From positions 4,388 through 44,708 of the forward strand of contig NW_014039909.1 in the NCBI RefSeq assembly GCF_001186125.1: a stretch of 40,321 bases of DNA, in the 5' to 3' direction. Made by a program: the position numbers and the translations under genes. Below the pieces are notes generated by a model that ran no database searches, was not told where the DNA came from, and was given only the letters and a program-made list of their open reading frames with translations. Of the stretch, positions 12,201 through 27,200 are shown piece after piece. The stretch is from Sphaeroforma arctica JP610. Lineage: Eukaryota. Numbering within the stretch: the first letter of the stretch is position 1; every line of letters begins with the position of its first letter.

Positions 12201-15200
12201 CTGTGACTGTGGTTGAGCGTAGCATGGTCATACGACAGACCCACTCTCCCACTACCAGCATGAACAAAACATGGGCGATGAGGTGCGTATGGGGCCTTCT
12301 ACAACACATGCATGCAGAAAGGTACCACTCTGCACTCAGAGAGGTCTCTTCCAACTGTAAGAAAAATCAACTCTCCATCCCATAAACCACCGCCACATCC
12401 ACACCGCCCCATGAACCACCACTCTAATAACCACCGCCACATCCACACCATAAACCACCACTCCAATAACCACCGCCACCCACCGTCTTCTTCTTGGGCG
12501 CGCGTTTCTTGGGCTGCTTCTTGAGCTTGGTGACCTGTCCGGCGTCCTTCTCGGCCTGTGCCTTGACCACCTCAGCGTACCTGTCCATCTCCTCCTCAAG
12601 TGCACCCAGGTCCTCTACCCACAGATCCCGCGCGTTCTTGCTCAGCAGTATACCCAGTTCAGTCTCCTTAGCCTCACGCTCCTTCTCCAGCGCATTGATC
12701 TTCTCCTGCGTCAGAGACCATAGCGCCATGCCCAGCAAGTAATCGTAGCCGTCACTTGCGGCGCTGGTGTCTGGGCCATCCTCTGTCTCGACTGAGTCTT
12801 CGCTGGGTTCGGAGTCTTTGGTCTGCCGTCGCGTGGAGGGTGAGAGTGTGAGTAGAGGGAGAGTATGTGAGCATGCGGACAATTACCATTCCGCATTAGC
12901 TTACGGTGTTGTATATACTTCACCACAACTATACACAGGATTGTGTTGTTTGATTATGCGAGCGAGCGAGTAAGTGAGAGAGATAGAGAATTTTTTGAAA
13001 CGTATGGATTGTGCGACTCTTGTCTTTGGAAGCAGAGCCCGAGAACAGAGACAAGAGTTGTTAGTGTGATAGAATGGAGTGCGCTTGTGAAGTACTTACA
13101 TTTATTGACTATATCTACATTTATGGACTATATATTTACATTTATGGGCTATATCTACATTTATTGACTATATATATACATACATACATACATACATACA
13201 TACATAATATATATATTCAGCCCAGTCTACAAAGCATTAAGCACACTTTAACGGCATAAATATCAGCCGGATCTACTCATATGTACCCATACACGCACGG
13301 GTGTGCTATCAAGTGTGAGTTCATACACTTACATATACGCACGGGTGTGTTATCACGTGTCAGATAGTACTGCCGTTGCTTCCCACGTGTGAGAGAGTAG
13401 TGCTATTTTACGTGTGAAATGGCATGCACTGACCTTCTTGGAGAATTGCTTGTAGCCCTTGTCCATGAGATCGGCCAGGATGTCTTTCTTGCGCACGTTG
13501 TTGACCTTCACATCGCCAGAGATCACCGCACGAATAAACCGCACTTTGTTGTCCAGTTTGTCGAAGTCGTCAGTCAACATGTCTGCTAGGTAGGCCTTTC
13601 GCTTGTGGTAGTAGTTCAGCCGAAGGTCGTAGAAGTCTTTCAGGATCTGTGGCGTAGATAGTGGGTAGGGATAGTGGATAGGGATAGTGGATAGGTGGGG
13701 ATAGGGAGGTATCGGGGTACAACCGCCACACACACAGGCAGCGAGTGACTCACCTCCAGCGGCGTGGCGTACTTCTTAATCCCGCCGCGCTCGTCAAACA
13801 GCACCATGTTGGAGGTTCCCACAGTGGACAGCAGCTTAAACTTCTTCAGCAGCCCTCCCGTGTCCTTCTCAGCCGCCGCCAGCACTTGCGCATCCATGGT
13901 CACCACAAAGTGCACGGTGGAGTCTGTGTGGTATTCCGTGTAGTCCCGCACAAAGGCCGGGTTCTTGTCGGTGCCCTGCACACAGGTCTCCAGCCATTCC
14001 TTATACGGCTGTGTCCATGTGCGCACGGGCAGCTCGGTGATCTCTACGGTTGTCTCACTCGTCTACAGACACGCGGGAAGCAGAGGCATGCGCAAGTGGG
14101 TGTGGGTGAGCACATAAACCAAAACAACGGCAATATAAACCAAAGCAACGGCATTATAAACCAAAACAACGGCAATATAAACCAAAACAGCGGCATTATA
14201 AACCATTTGAAAGGCGCGGGGATGTGCCAATTAGAACACAAATGTGTGCAGTAGAGCGACACCGTGAAGCTTACGCGAGTGGGTTCTCCCAAATCAACAC
14301 GATGAACAGTGAGACTACAACCCACCAACAAACCAAACTATCACTATGAGGGTAAACACATTGACATGTTAAAATACTATTATTGTAGTCAATGAGATTA
14401 CAATCCACCAACAAACCAAACTATCACTATGAGAGTAAACACGATAACATGTTAACATACTATTGTAGTCCACAATACGAACCGCCACGCATTACCGTCA
14501 CGAACTTAACACTGGACACAGGCCCACACAACTGCACAATGCCCTGACGAGCAGTGTCCATCTAACTTGCCCTCTTGCGTTCACAGTACAAGCCATCAAG
14601 TCATCAATACACACACACACATATATATATATATTGTCCTATATACCGGCGTACGAAACTAAAAACAGCCCTGATGTACACATATTCGGTTACCTTCTCG
14701 ATTTTGCCGTGTACTGAGAACTTGGTGTTTTTGGGGTCTTGCGGCAGTACGTCTCCCACAAAGCCCTGCCACCACGGGTCCATTTGCGTCGGCTCTACAC
14801 CATCCAACATGCGCCGGATGTTGGCGATGATGTCTCGTGGATTGTGATTGGGGATGCTAAAAATAGAATAAGGCGTAGCAGGGTATGAAATCATGGCGAA
14901 TGACAATTGAAGGATGTTGGCGATGATGTCTCGTGGATTGAGATTGGGAATGCTAACAATAGAACAAGCATACGTGTTCTATGGCTATATATGGTATACC
15001 TTGTACTCCAACCCGTGCCAATGCCGTCACTGCCATTGACTAAGACCATTGGAATCACAGGCACATAGAACTCAGGCTCAATCGTCAGTCCATCGTCATC
15101 CAGGTACTTCATCAGCGCATCGTCCTGAGGGGATTCAAGCGCACGCATGTGTTTAGTAGCAAGACTTATGTAGTTTCTGTGTATTAAGATATATGTGTAT

Positions 15201-18200
15201 TATGTAGTATGTGTATTAAGGTTTATGTAGTATATGTGTACTAAGGTTTATGTAGTATATGTGTATTAAGGTTTATGTAGTATATGTGTATCAAGGTTTA
15301 TGTAGTAAATGTGTATTAAGGATTTTGTAGTATATGTGTACTAAGGTTTATGTAGTATATGTGTATGCGAATAAACATGTACTACCAATATACCTACATG
15401 TCCGATTGGTTAACAGCTGCCGTGAAACTGATCGGCCAGCAGTAGATAGTATTCAATTTCAGAAAATAATTCTAATACGACAATTCACAGCGGTCCACTG
15501 CCCATGTCGCACAAGTCAGCGAATTGGCTCGACGCGCCAGTCTCATTTATGGGATTTAGGGTTTAGGGTTTTAGCCTGTACCTGACTTGACTTGGTAGAG
15601 CTGCCGTGCACGAGGAATGGTTAACGGAATATCGTTCGACATCTGCTGTGTACACCACACGGTGTAGTGACAATGCACATCTAATACATCACATCACATG
15701 ACGCTACAAGGTCAACACGACCCATTCAACTGGCATGTACACGAACAACTGCAACCCACTGACCTGCACATGGAAGACCTTTCTGGCCAGAGGACTGAGT
15801 TTGGTGAACACATAACGTGGCGATGCCGCGTCTTTGCCTCCCTGCAACCGTGTACCGAATTGTCCTGCAGGCACAAGCAATCCCATGTTGTTGCTGCCCA
15901 CAAAGTCCTTGGCAACGGAGTAGTGGATAAGAATAGATAAGAATTAATAGGAATAGATAAGAATCAATAAGAATATACAAGAAAGATAAGAATCCATAAG
16001 AATTAGTAAGAATAGAAAAGAATTAATAAGAACAAGTAAGGATTAATAAGAAAGATAAGAATTAATAAGAATAGATACGTTTAGGGGTTTATGGATGTGG
16101 GATGGTGAAGGTGCGGCTCATTGTCCCGTGGTGATCGGCCGAGTGGTTGGATATGACGACGGCTCAGCACACACTCGTAACTGACCACTTAGACATACGA
16201 CAAGGTAGACTGACGGCCATTCCACCATGCAATACCAGACACAGCCCACTCAAAACACAACCGCACGCTTGCACACACACACACAAGAGAGACACACCTG
16301 CGCCAGGTTGATGATGGTGGACGTGAGACTCATCTCGCCGTGGTGGTAGGCCGAGTGTTCAGACACATAGCCCGCCAGTTGCGCCACTTTGATCTCCTCT
16401 TTGAGTTTGCGCTTGAAGCAACTGAACATGATCTTGCGCTGCCCAGGCTTTAAGCCGTCGACCACACTCGGGATAGACCGCGCATTGTCAGCTGAGGGGT
16501 AGTAGGGCGGGTTTAGGGTTCAGGGGTTAATAGGGGACTGTCGTTGGTGTAAGAATGTGTTATTGTTTTATGTGTATGTGCCAGTAGCTGCCAATAGCCT
16601 AGCCACTTCTACATACTCGCGAACACCTGTGTAACCGAACAACTCGTTAGGAACAGACGGTCTGCTGGTCGAATACACACTCCGAGCGTAAATGGCGTAA
16701 ATGGGGGATTGTAACATCCACATGGAGAACACGATCAAACCCTCCGATACATACGAGCCCAAATTTAGATGATAACCCTAAAACCACCTATAAAGCATAT
16801 TGACATACTCATGTGAAGAGCAAAAATGAAGACTATACAAACATACTCATGTAGAACAAAAGTAATCGCTTCAACACATACATAAGAGCCCAAATAGAGG
16901 AGATATGAACATAATAAGATTCTTTCTACAATACATACACACAGCATGGATAGAGGTGATATGAACCTACATTACAAACACACAGCATGAATAGAGGTTT
17001 TGATAACCTACCCATAGAGAACAAGATCAATTCCTTATCGATGAAGTCGGCGTATCGGATTGTTTCCTGAGTCTGGTCAATGAATGTGCCCGGGCGATGG
17101 CGCATGAGCCAATCTTTGCGATCGTCCGTTTGTTTCTTCGAGAATGCCAGTTGAATCTGAAGCACAAGTATGGAGTGTTATGTAAAATTGATAGTAATGC
17201 TTGTTTGTTGAAGAATGTCAGTTGAGTCTATCTGACAAGTATGGAGTGCGATGTATAACTGATATTAACGTTTGTTTGTTGGAGAACGCCAGTTAAATCT
17301 ATACCACACGTATGGAGTGCTATGTATAGTTCATATTAATGTTTGTTCGTTGGAGATGGAGAATGTCAGTTGAATCTATACCACACGTATGGAGTGTGAT
17401 GTATAGTTCATATTAATGTGTGGTTCGTCGTGTTTGTATAGTGAGGCGCAATTCGCGAGTGCATGATCCACATCTGCTCACAGGCACGCTGTTCGTTTGA
17501 AGATCGTGGGGTTGTACATGTGCATGGATCAGAATAGCACGCAGATTCCCCGCTTTCCCAATGCTTTAGTAGTGTAATCGAGTACGAAACGATGTAGCGT
17601 CTAATACACATAACAGGCAAGACATTTTTGTTGAGATGCTTTCACATACAAGCTGGCAGTCCCTTGTCACCTCTTCTACATTAAACCCTAAAATCCTAAT
17701 AACCTTACTATAATAATTTCTGCACACATGGCGCCAAGCTCTTCTCATCCCATTTATACAACTCCAGTTTGACCCTAAAACCCTAAACCCATCTGCCCAT
17801 ATCATTCATCTGATGCAGTTTCACACACCTTCTGGTCATCCAGGTTGTCGAGCCATTCGAAGGCAATGTTGTGCCGTTCCATATCCGCAAAGTACTGCTT
17901 GGCCTCGGCCGGAGTGCTCGTACCTAAACCCTTATAGTACTTGATCTTCCAACCTATCCCACAAGAGGATCCACCGACACATTAGAGTGTTAGTGCGGTG
18001 TACATACGATTATTTCGGGGTAGCAATGGGGGTTGAAACCTTAAACCCTAAACAAATACGTTGGCGGTAGTTCCGAGTACTATTTCGGAGTGGCTGAGAA
18101 CGGAGCGATATTTCGCCGCCGATGGCTATACAGATGACTTAGATGGGGGTGCGTTGGAGAGGAGGTTTGAGATGTTTAATTTAATGTGTGCATACTCTAA

Positions 18201-21200
18201 AAGCAGATGTAGCTGACACACAAGCTATAGAATGCAGACGAGGTATAGAAAACACATATATTATAGAATATACAAGTGTTATAGATAACATATCAGCTGT
18301 AGGAACAACATAAAATATAGAATATACAAGTGTTATAGATAACATAAGCTGTAGAAACAACATAAATTATAGAATATACAAGTGTTATAGATAACATATC
18401 AGCTGTAGAAACAACATAAATTATAGAATACATATGGGTTATTGTTAACATATCAGCCGTAGAAACAACATAAATTATAGAATATACAAGTGTTATAGAT
18501 AACATATCAGCTGTAGAAACAACATAAATTATAGAATACATATGGGTTATTGTTAACATATCAGCCGTAGAAACAACATAAATTATAGAATACATAAGGG
18601 TTATAGATAACATACCGGCTGTAGAAACAACATAAATAATAGAATATACATGTGTTATAGATAACATATAAGCTGTAGAAACAACATAAATAATAGAATA
18701 TACACGTGTTATAGATAACATATAAGTATACGCATGCATGCATGTGTATGTATAAGGGTATATGCATGTCATTTGCACACATCAAAACCATGCACAATTG
18801 CATAGTCTACTACATAGATATATCTCTACACTCATATGTCGTGCACACCTTTGCCGGAATCTCCAGTGGCTTCCTTCCAGGCAGTGTATTCTGGCATGGT
18901 GTAGAAGGACTCAGTCTTGACACCCTTAGTCACCTTCACAATGGGCGTTATAAACTCAACCAGAAATCCCGGAACCTGTGAACAGGAGAACATACACGAG
19001 TAGTGTAAGTCCGGATGGGGCTTAAGAGGTATAATAGGGGTTTAGAGCATACATCCACACACACGGATGATTATATAACACTTTCACATAGCTATGTCCC
19101 TGCACCACACACACAAGCATACATCAACACATACGGATATGTTCACGTTCTATATACACACACACACAGTCACTGCCGCACCTTCAGCAGCGACGGCCAG
19201 AAATGGTGGACAAAGTTTATGAGTAATCCCTTGATGTGCGATCCATCGTGGTCCTGATCGGTCATGATCATCAGCGATCCATATCGCAGAGAAGCCGTAC
19301 TCTCGTACTTTTGGCCGTATTTGAGCCCCATGATGTTCACGATACTGGGTGCCGGCACGAGAGATAAGAGCGAGGATGAGTGTGTGGTTATGGCTCTATA
19401 TAGAATAGAAGAGCAGACAACAACATACAGTGCACGAGAGGTAAGAGCGAGGATGAGTGTGTGGTTATGGCTCTATACAGAATAGGAGAACAGACAACAG
19501 CATACAGTGCACGAGAGGTAAGAGCGAGGATGAGTGTGTGGTTATGGCTCTATACAGAATAGAAGAACAGACAACAACATACAGTGCACGAGAGGTAAGA
19601 GCGAGGATGAGTGTGTGCTTATGGCTCTATACAGAATAGGAGAACAGACAACAACATACAGTGCACGAGAGGTAAGAGCGAGGATGAGTGTGTGGTTGTG
19701 GCTCTATACAGAATAGGAGAACAGACAACAACATACAGTTGCAACCACAAAAACCCAACAACCACGCGCTCAATCTCCCCCTCCCACAGCTGGCATGTCC
19801 GGAGATTAGAGCTGAGAACAATGATGATGTGGTTCACGCAGATAGTAGAAGTGATACGGGCAAGAGTGGGAGCCCAATTACACCAGGAGGATCAGACTAG
19901 GCATGGACAAACTAAATAATACTATATATACGTATGTTATATATTTGATACTGTACTAGATATATACTTGCATTTCCACATGTAGTTGAAGTGGCGAATC
20001 GAACCGAAGGAGAAAAGTGTTTTTAACCTAAGAGATGGCGAGCTGGGTGGTGCCTGACATCATCTGTACACACTTACGCGATCAGCTCTTATATACGTTA
20101 CATCGAGAATATACAAAAACAACCGACTAGCTTCTATATACGTCATATCGAGAAAATACAACAGACAACCGTATGGAATTGCCTGATCATACCAACCACC
20201 CACAACTTGGCATATGAATTGGTCACCCAGATGGCAAGACAAACAGACTAACAGGCGGATAAGAACGAGAGAGATACCTCTGCACTTCGGCGTTATCCAT
20301 GATCTGTTTCATGGAGGCTTCGCGCACATTCAGTAGTTTTCCTCGCAGGGGGAACACGCCATAGTAGTCTCTTCCCACTACACTCAGGCCACTGTGTGCA
20401 GTACAAAACGTCGTAGAAGGGATCAATTGGTATCATGTATTTACGTACATATACATCGAAAACGTACGTATACGGGTACACACACACACACATATATATA
20501 ATATATATATACATATTATATATATATAATATATGTTATGCGTGATAAGGTCATGATACTGTTCAACGAAGATATGCATATTACACATAAAATATGTGTT
20601 ATTTATGAGCTGTTTGAGAGATCAGAACTCTATTATGTGGTTGAGGTTTGAAGAGTTTGCGATATCATCCGTACGAAAAGATTGGGTACAAGTATCCGAC
20701 AGAACTTAAACAAAGATAAGAAATTTTAAACGCGGATGGTAAATTTTTCAGTAGAACATTTGCAAATAAGGGTTTAGGGTTTTAGTAACCCTAAATCCTA
20801 AATTAAGGGTTTTAGGTGGTACAGTAGGTATAATATGTTGGTACGATACTGTGATCACGAGATGCATGTATCTAAACGATTTCACATCGACAAACACAAA
20901 TTTTTATTATACACATTTGCAACAACACACCTCACCGATAGGAAGAAAAACTTACGTTTCTCTCCCTCCAAGTAAATTAACCGCACAGACAGAAAATCGA
21001 TCTAAATACACTAAACAAATCATATATACATACATACACACGAACACATAAACAGACACACACATACATATAATATATACATATATTATGTGTGTTTGTG
21101 TGTGTGCGTTTAAAAAAAAATGTATGTATATATACACCCCTTACCTCACGGCCAGTGCTTTGGCTGAGTCACCCTCAGTCAGAATGAGGGTCGCCTTTGC

Positions 21201-24200
21201 GCTCTGGCGAGTACCAGCCATGTTGGCATCATCCAGTTTGGGCACGCCCGTCAGACGCGATCTCTAAAGTTTAAATATTTATTAGGGGCTGGAGGCTTTA
21301 GTTTTGAACCAATGGGTTTGAGGCGTTGGTTTTGAACCAATCGAACGTGCGAGAACAGTGGGGAGGACAGTGATGTTCGCAACTACACGAAGCAGAGGTT
21401 ACAAAGTCACAGCTCAGAGAATAAAAAAAACGGTTTATAGAGCGGGGATTGGCCGTACACAAGACGTAGACAGCTTTTATCTCACACATATCCATCAAAA
21501 GATACAGTAAACTGACAGCGTACAGAGAAACGAATCACTCCGATAGGCCGTACACAAGACGTAGACAACTCTTATCTCTCTCATATCCATTAAAAGCTAC
21601 AGCAAACTGCCAGCATACAGAGAAATGAATCACTGCCATTGGCTGTGCTCAATGGGCGACACCACTACAGATGCCCTACATCCCTTCACGAGCGCACAAT
21701 TCATACAAGACATAAGCCATATAAGCCATATAATTCATATCAGGCATATAATTCATATCAGCCATATAATTCATATCAGCCATATAATTATTATAAGCCA
21801 TATAATTCAAATAAGCCATATAGTGTCAGTATGATTTATCAATAAGATCATACCACGCCTAAACGCACGCGACCACCTACAGCTTCACAATCATTGGAGG
21901 TACTCTGCGGCACACCTCATACTAGTCTCTACAGGAGTTCACTCGCATATCTATCTAAGCTTCACATGTCAATATAAAATCATTACCAGCGGGTCTACGA
22001 TATACAAATCAGGGAGTAAGCGATTCTCATATCCCTGTATTACCTTATTGTGATGGAGGGATTGAATTAGATACCTTGGCACCGGAGCAGGATTTGGCCA
22101 TGGCAGACTCTTGCTTGAACTTAGCCCACGACAGAATCTTCTCCACCACACCCGTGCTCAGCACATTCTTCACAAACTGTGATGGTAGGACCAAGCATTA
22201 GTTTTGGTGAAATGTATCTAATTACACACACACATATATATATAATATATATATATATATATACTACATTTGTACACATGTCGATGTCTATGTACAACAA
22301 AATCCCTTCGGCGACATCCATGCTCAGCACTTTCTTCACAAACTGAGGTGGCAGGACCAATTGAATAGCTGTGGCGGAATGCATGTAATGACATAAAGAG
22401 AAGTACAAAAATACATATCGATGTTGATAAAAATCTATACACATTGATATATGTTTTATATATGCAACACAGTTCATGCACCAGGCAGCACATTGTTCAC
22501 AAAAAGTCGAGCATACATACAAAAGCACGAGCGTCTCAAGATACTGACGTCTCGATTGAATACAACAAGCCCCATCGACCCAATGCCAGGGTTTAGGGGA
22601 TAAATAAACCCTACGCCGCAGAGACGCTACGGTACTCTCACTCATATATGCAGCTGGTCTGGCAGCCGCAAACCCACCACGGACCATATACTGCCAGCGG
22701 CATTTGAACATCTATCGATAGGATTGGATGATATCGAATAGCCTTTATTCAAGGCCAACATAAATTGATATGATTGGGAAATACTGAATGGTCTTTTTAT
22801 ATAAACCCAACATAAATTGATATGATTGGATGATATCGTATAGTCTTCGTATTTAAGAACATAAATTGATATGATTGGATGGTACTGAATAGTCTTCTTA
22901 TTTAAGGCCAACATAAATTGATATGATTGGATGGCACTGAATAGTCGTCTTATTTAAGACCAACACAAGTCGATACGATTGGATAATATCCAGACTCTTA
23001 CTTATTTAATGCCAACATAAATTGTGTGATTCACACCTCTACAACCGTCTTATCCTAACGCCAATCGCAAAATGGACTACAATTCACCTTATCACTCAGT
23101 GTACATTCAGAGTCAACCATAGCATTCTCATTGACCATGCATGTGTACAGTCCTATCATACACCCATTCACTGCGTATGACCTATCACTCACCTTGTCAC
23201 TGAGTGTGCACTCTGAGCCAAACATGCTCTTGCGCAGCGTCATGTTCTCTTTCGTTTGTGAGTCAAAGCTGGGGTTCTCAATCAGCGCATTCACAAACAC
23301 CCACAGATGGTTTTTGATCTGGAAGGGCTTCACCGGGGCAGCCTTGTTCTTCTTCTTCACCACCTGAATGGCGATCACAGTATATGATGGACCAGGTTAT
23401 AAACAACTGTATGAAGTGTCTGCGTTGGAATACCCTGTGTACCGCTTATGGGGCAAGATCACAGTTTAAGTTCATATGATACTGAGAGAGCCCTGAGGAA
23501 ATACACTCCCCGAGCAAGGGTGCATCAGCTGTATATATAGAAGCTGTCAGTATATGTACGTGTACATTCGTAACTATAGACACAAAGATACATGCCGTAT
23601 ACGTGTTTTGGCCAACGTAAAGCTGCGGAAACACGTTTTAAACTTTACCACTATACCTTTATAAGTGCACTCCAGTATCCATATCCACACAATGGCACAC
23701 TCATGCACTGCGAAACCGGTTGCCTAAGCAGAATGCATACATTGCAAGCGTGTTTGTAAACGACGTGTAATAAGTTCGATTCAACTAGTGACGTGTTAGT
23801 GGACTACAAATCACATTTGCGCTCGACGTCTATGTGATCTGATATATGTATATATATGTGTGTACTTTATATATATATACATATATACTTTATATATATA
23901 GGGACAGGTTTCTGATCGCGTGCTCACCTCGATAATCTTGGTGGTGAGCTGGTCTGTGACATGGTTGACGTGTTGCCCACCCTTTGAGGTGCAAATGCTG
24001 TTGACAAAACTCATCTGCTGGAACTGACCCTCACTTGTTGTCACTAGCACCTACAGATGTAGAGACCCAGGCGCTTAGAGAATTGGAAGGCTCACAGGAC
24101 ATGTGCTTGGCGCAGCGTTGTGTGGTGTCGTATACTATACATATCCACTCCCAGTAGCATACGTGTTTTATAACAGTTTGTCGTATTTTTCTCAGGATTA

Positions 24201-27200
24201 ATCTCCATGATGGTCATGGGTGTTTCAGCCCAATGTGCCATCAATAGCGTCACAAACATGTGAGGTGCTCATAGATGTCCGCCACCAGCAGGCGTGGAAG
24301 TGAGAAATCAAAGACAGGCAACCCCAATCACAAAACAAATGCATAGACACGAAGATATACATTTGATTGTACACAAATACCCGTATGTATACATATTAAT
24401 ACACCGCCCCCCACACACACCCCCCATCGCCCAAACACATACACATATATATATTTAATGTCACATCAACACACACACAATCACGTAGATCCCAAAGACG
24501 CACATGGTTACGCAAACATATTCATACCTCGCCCCTATATATATATAAATAAATAGATATATATATATATATAAACTCCCAACGACCCTCCACACAAACA
24601 TACCTCCCACCGGTTGTTGACTATCTCAGGCACCATATATATATATATATACATACATACATACATAAACTCCCAACGACCCTCTACACAAACATACCTC
24701 CCACCGATTGTTGACTATCTCATGCACCAATGGCAGGGGTAGCCCTTCCTCGGTGCGGTTGTTCTCAATGTACATCTTCACATACTCCTTGAAACTCTTG
24801 CACGGCAACTTGCTGCCATTATAGATCACCTGGAGCGATGACAATGTGTGGTGGTCAGTGATTAATGAGTGGGTTGGATCACACCGATATTAAGAGACTT
24901 GTATGAGTTTTAAGAAAAACCCTAAAACATATTTAGATACTTGTATGTTAAAAATTAAACACACAGCATGCAGACGACACATCATGATTTGATATCCGGC
25001 TCATCATCAAACCCACAACGTACAGACTATTAATAACACCTACTCGGTTCGCTCATAGAGTAGTGGTTCGATGCGTGGCCTTCATCCGCGCACAGAGAGG
25101 TATAGAGACACACACACCAGCGGAAATATACCTACCGTACTCACCCACATGCACATGCGCACCTCAGGGCATCTATGCCACCAGACGTACTGGGCTGACC
25201 TGGGTTTCCGTTAGACCTATACTGTTCCCATACACTCATACCTTGACGCCTGGCAGACATCCCGCCATATCGTAGGCTCGTTTGGTGAACAGTGCAACCA
25301 CATCCACGTCCAGGTGCTGCATGCCAAAACGGCCCAGATCCTGATATTCAATTGGGTTACAGTGGGCGAGAACGGTAGGTTTAACCAGTAGCAGATATTA
25401 AGGAAAAATATGTAGATAGTTGGTGACAGGGACAGTGATAGTGCAAAAGATGATCCTGATTAGTGCTAAGGCAAGAAGAACCACAAACTCCAATTCACGG
25501 CTCGTGGGGGGCTATAAAACGACATTCTTTTTTCCTTTTCTGTCTTTTTTTTTTTGGGGGGGGGGGGGGGTATATACGAGATACTTGTACGAGGATTTAT
25601 ACATATCATGGATCATACTAGACACCAACTAACCTAAGTACTCTATGCATACTTAAATATACGTTGCTGCATCTTTGCAATTACTACCCCAAACAAGGGT
25701 GCACGTGCAATATGCGATACTGAACGGCGAGAGGATATAGACTCCTCACGTAGCTTCCAATAGTATATGACGGTCATCTTCTGCTAACCGTTGTCCAGAT
25801 ACCAAACACACATAAACCGTTTGGCACTTAGGATGGACATCGTATTGAACAGTATTCGCACCAACAACGAGAGACACGGCGCATTTCTAATAAGCCCTTT
25901 AGATGTTGAAGAATGAATTATAATCCACCGACAACCCAGTATACAACACTCCATCAGATTCCCACAGCAAGCTTCCATTCACAGAGAAACCAGGATTCCC
26001 ATCCCTAAAACATACCACAAATAAAACGGTACATAAATCTTTCCTCTTCTGACAAGGAGGTTAACCAAGCCCGTGAGAGTGACTGAAAAGACGCTATTTC
26101 CAGGCGAAGAAGGTGGCGATGACGCAGAAAACGACTATTACCAAGACGGAAAAGGCCAAAATCTATTCCGCACCAGTTTCTTTTTGGCTCAACGTCGATC
26201 TCGCCTTAACAAAGGCATATTTCTGGCGTTCGCAGACCTTTCTCCTCAGAACAGGGCAAGGATTCTGCTGCACCACTTTCGTATCCTTCGCGCGAAATAA
26301 ACGGACCACGTCACCGCACTGTTCCATCGTTCTCAAACGACGTATGTTCACCGCTACACCAACATCCACACCAAACTACGGGCATATAGTTAAACACAGC
26401 CACCTATATCAATATAGAACACACATGTGTAGATGTACACAACATACAGGTTTGAAGGTGATGCATGTATAGTCCTCCTTAATGCCGGCCGCGGGTGTGC
26501 GGATCTTCGCCTTGCCAATGTTGCTCATGTTGCGCGTGAAGGATTGGGTGTACTTCTCTCCGGTGGCCTTGCTGGCGGTTTCTATGGTGAACTCCTCACT
26601 GAAGATGTTGCACAGTTTGGCACCGTATCCGTTGCGACCACCAGTGACCTGCACAATGGAACGGTGTGCGATAAGCCACACGTGGGTGTAGTCGACAGTG
26701 TGTGTGTATCTGCGTGCATGCGAAGAGTGGCTGTGTCGGCCGGATTGTGGCATAGACATGTACTTCAACTTGGATCTGAGTTGCCTTTTATGCATCTAAC
26801 ATCATCGACATTCGTCATCAGGTGTATTTGCTTGTGTAAATATGTACCAACATGCTTATTTGTGAACATGTACAATTAAATGTGCATATCAAGCTTCGGA
26901 AAATTTCTCACATCCTTGCAAAGTTCATTAGGTTTTACAGATATACTCGTTTATTAGGCTTTACACATACAGTCAATATTTATTAAGTTTTACATATATA
27001 TGTTTGTTGATACACAAAGTTTTATTGAGTTTTACGTATACACTCAACGTTCGTTAAATTTTGCATATTTACTGAAAGTTCGATAGGTTTCACATAGTTA
27101 CTGAAAGTTCGATAGGTTTTACATATACACTCGTTTTCTCCACAGCTCAATGCCAAATGACGTACGCAAGTGCACACACATATCCTGAAGCCAAGCACCA

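Noticed and set aside
13745..14254. 169-aa + strand ORF
   Set aside because: Antisense shadow of TOP2 exon 22 plus a 21-bp intronic repeat.
18293..18803. 161-aa and 80-aa repetitive ORFs
   Set aside because: They are translations of the 54-bp intronic minisatellite.
26030..26370. Compositionally distinct intronic stretch with overlapping short ORFs
   Set aside because: No recognisable protein motif, TIR or TSD; cannot be supported as an element.
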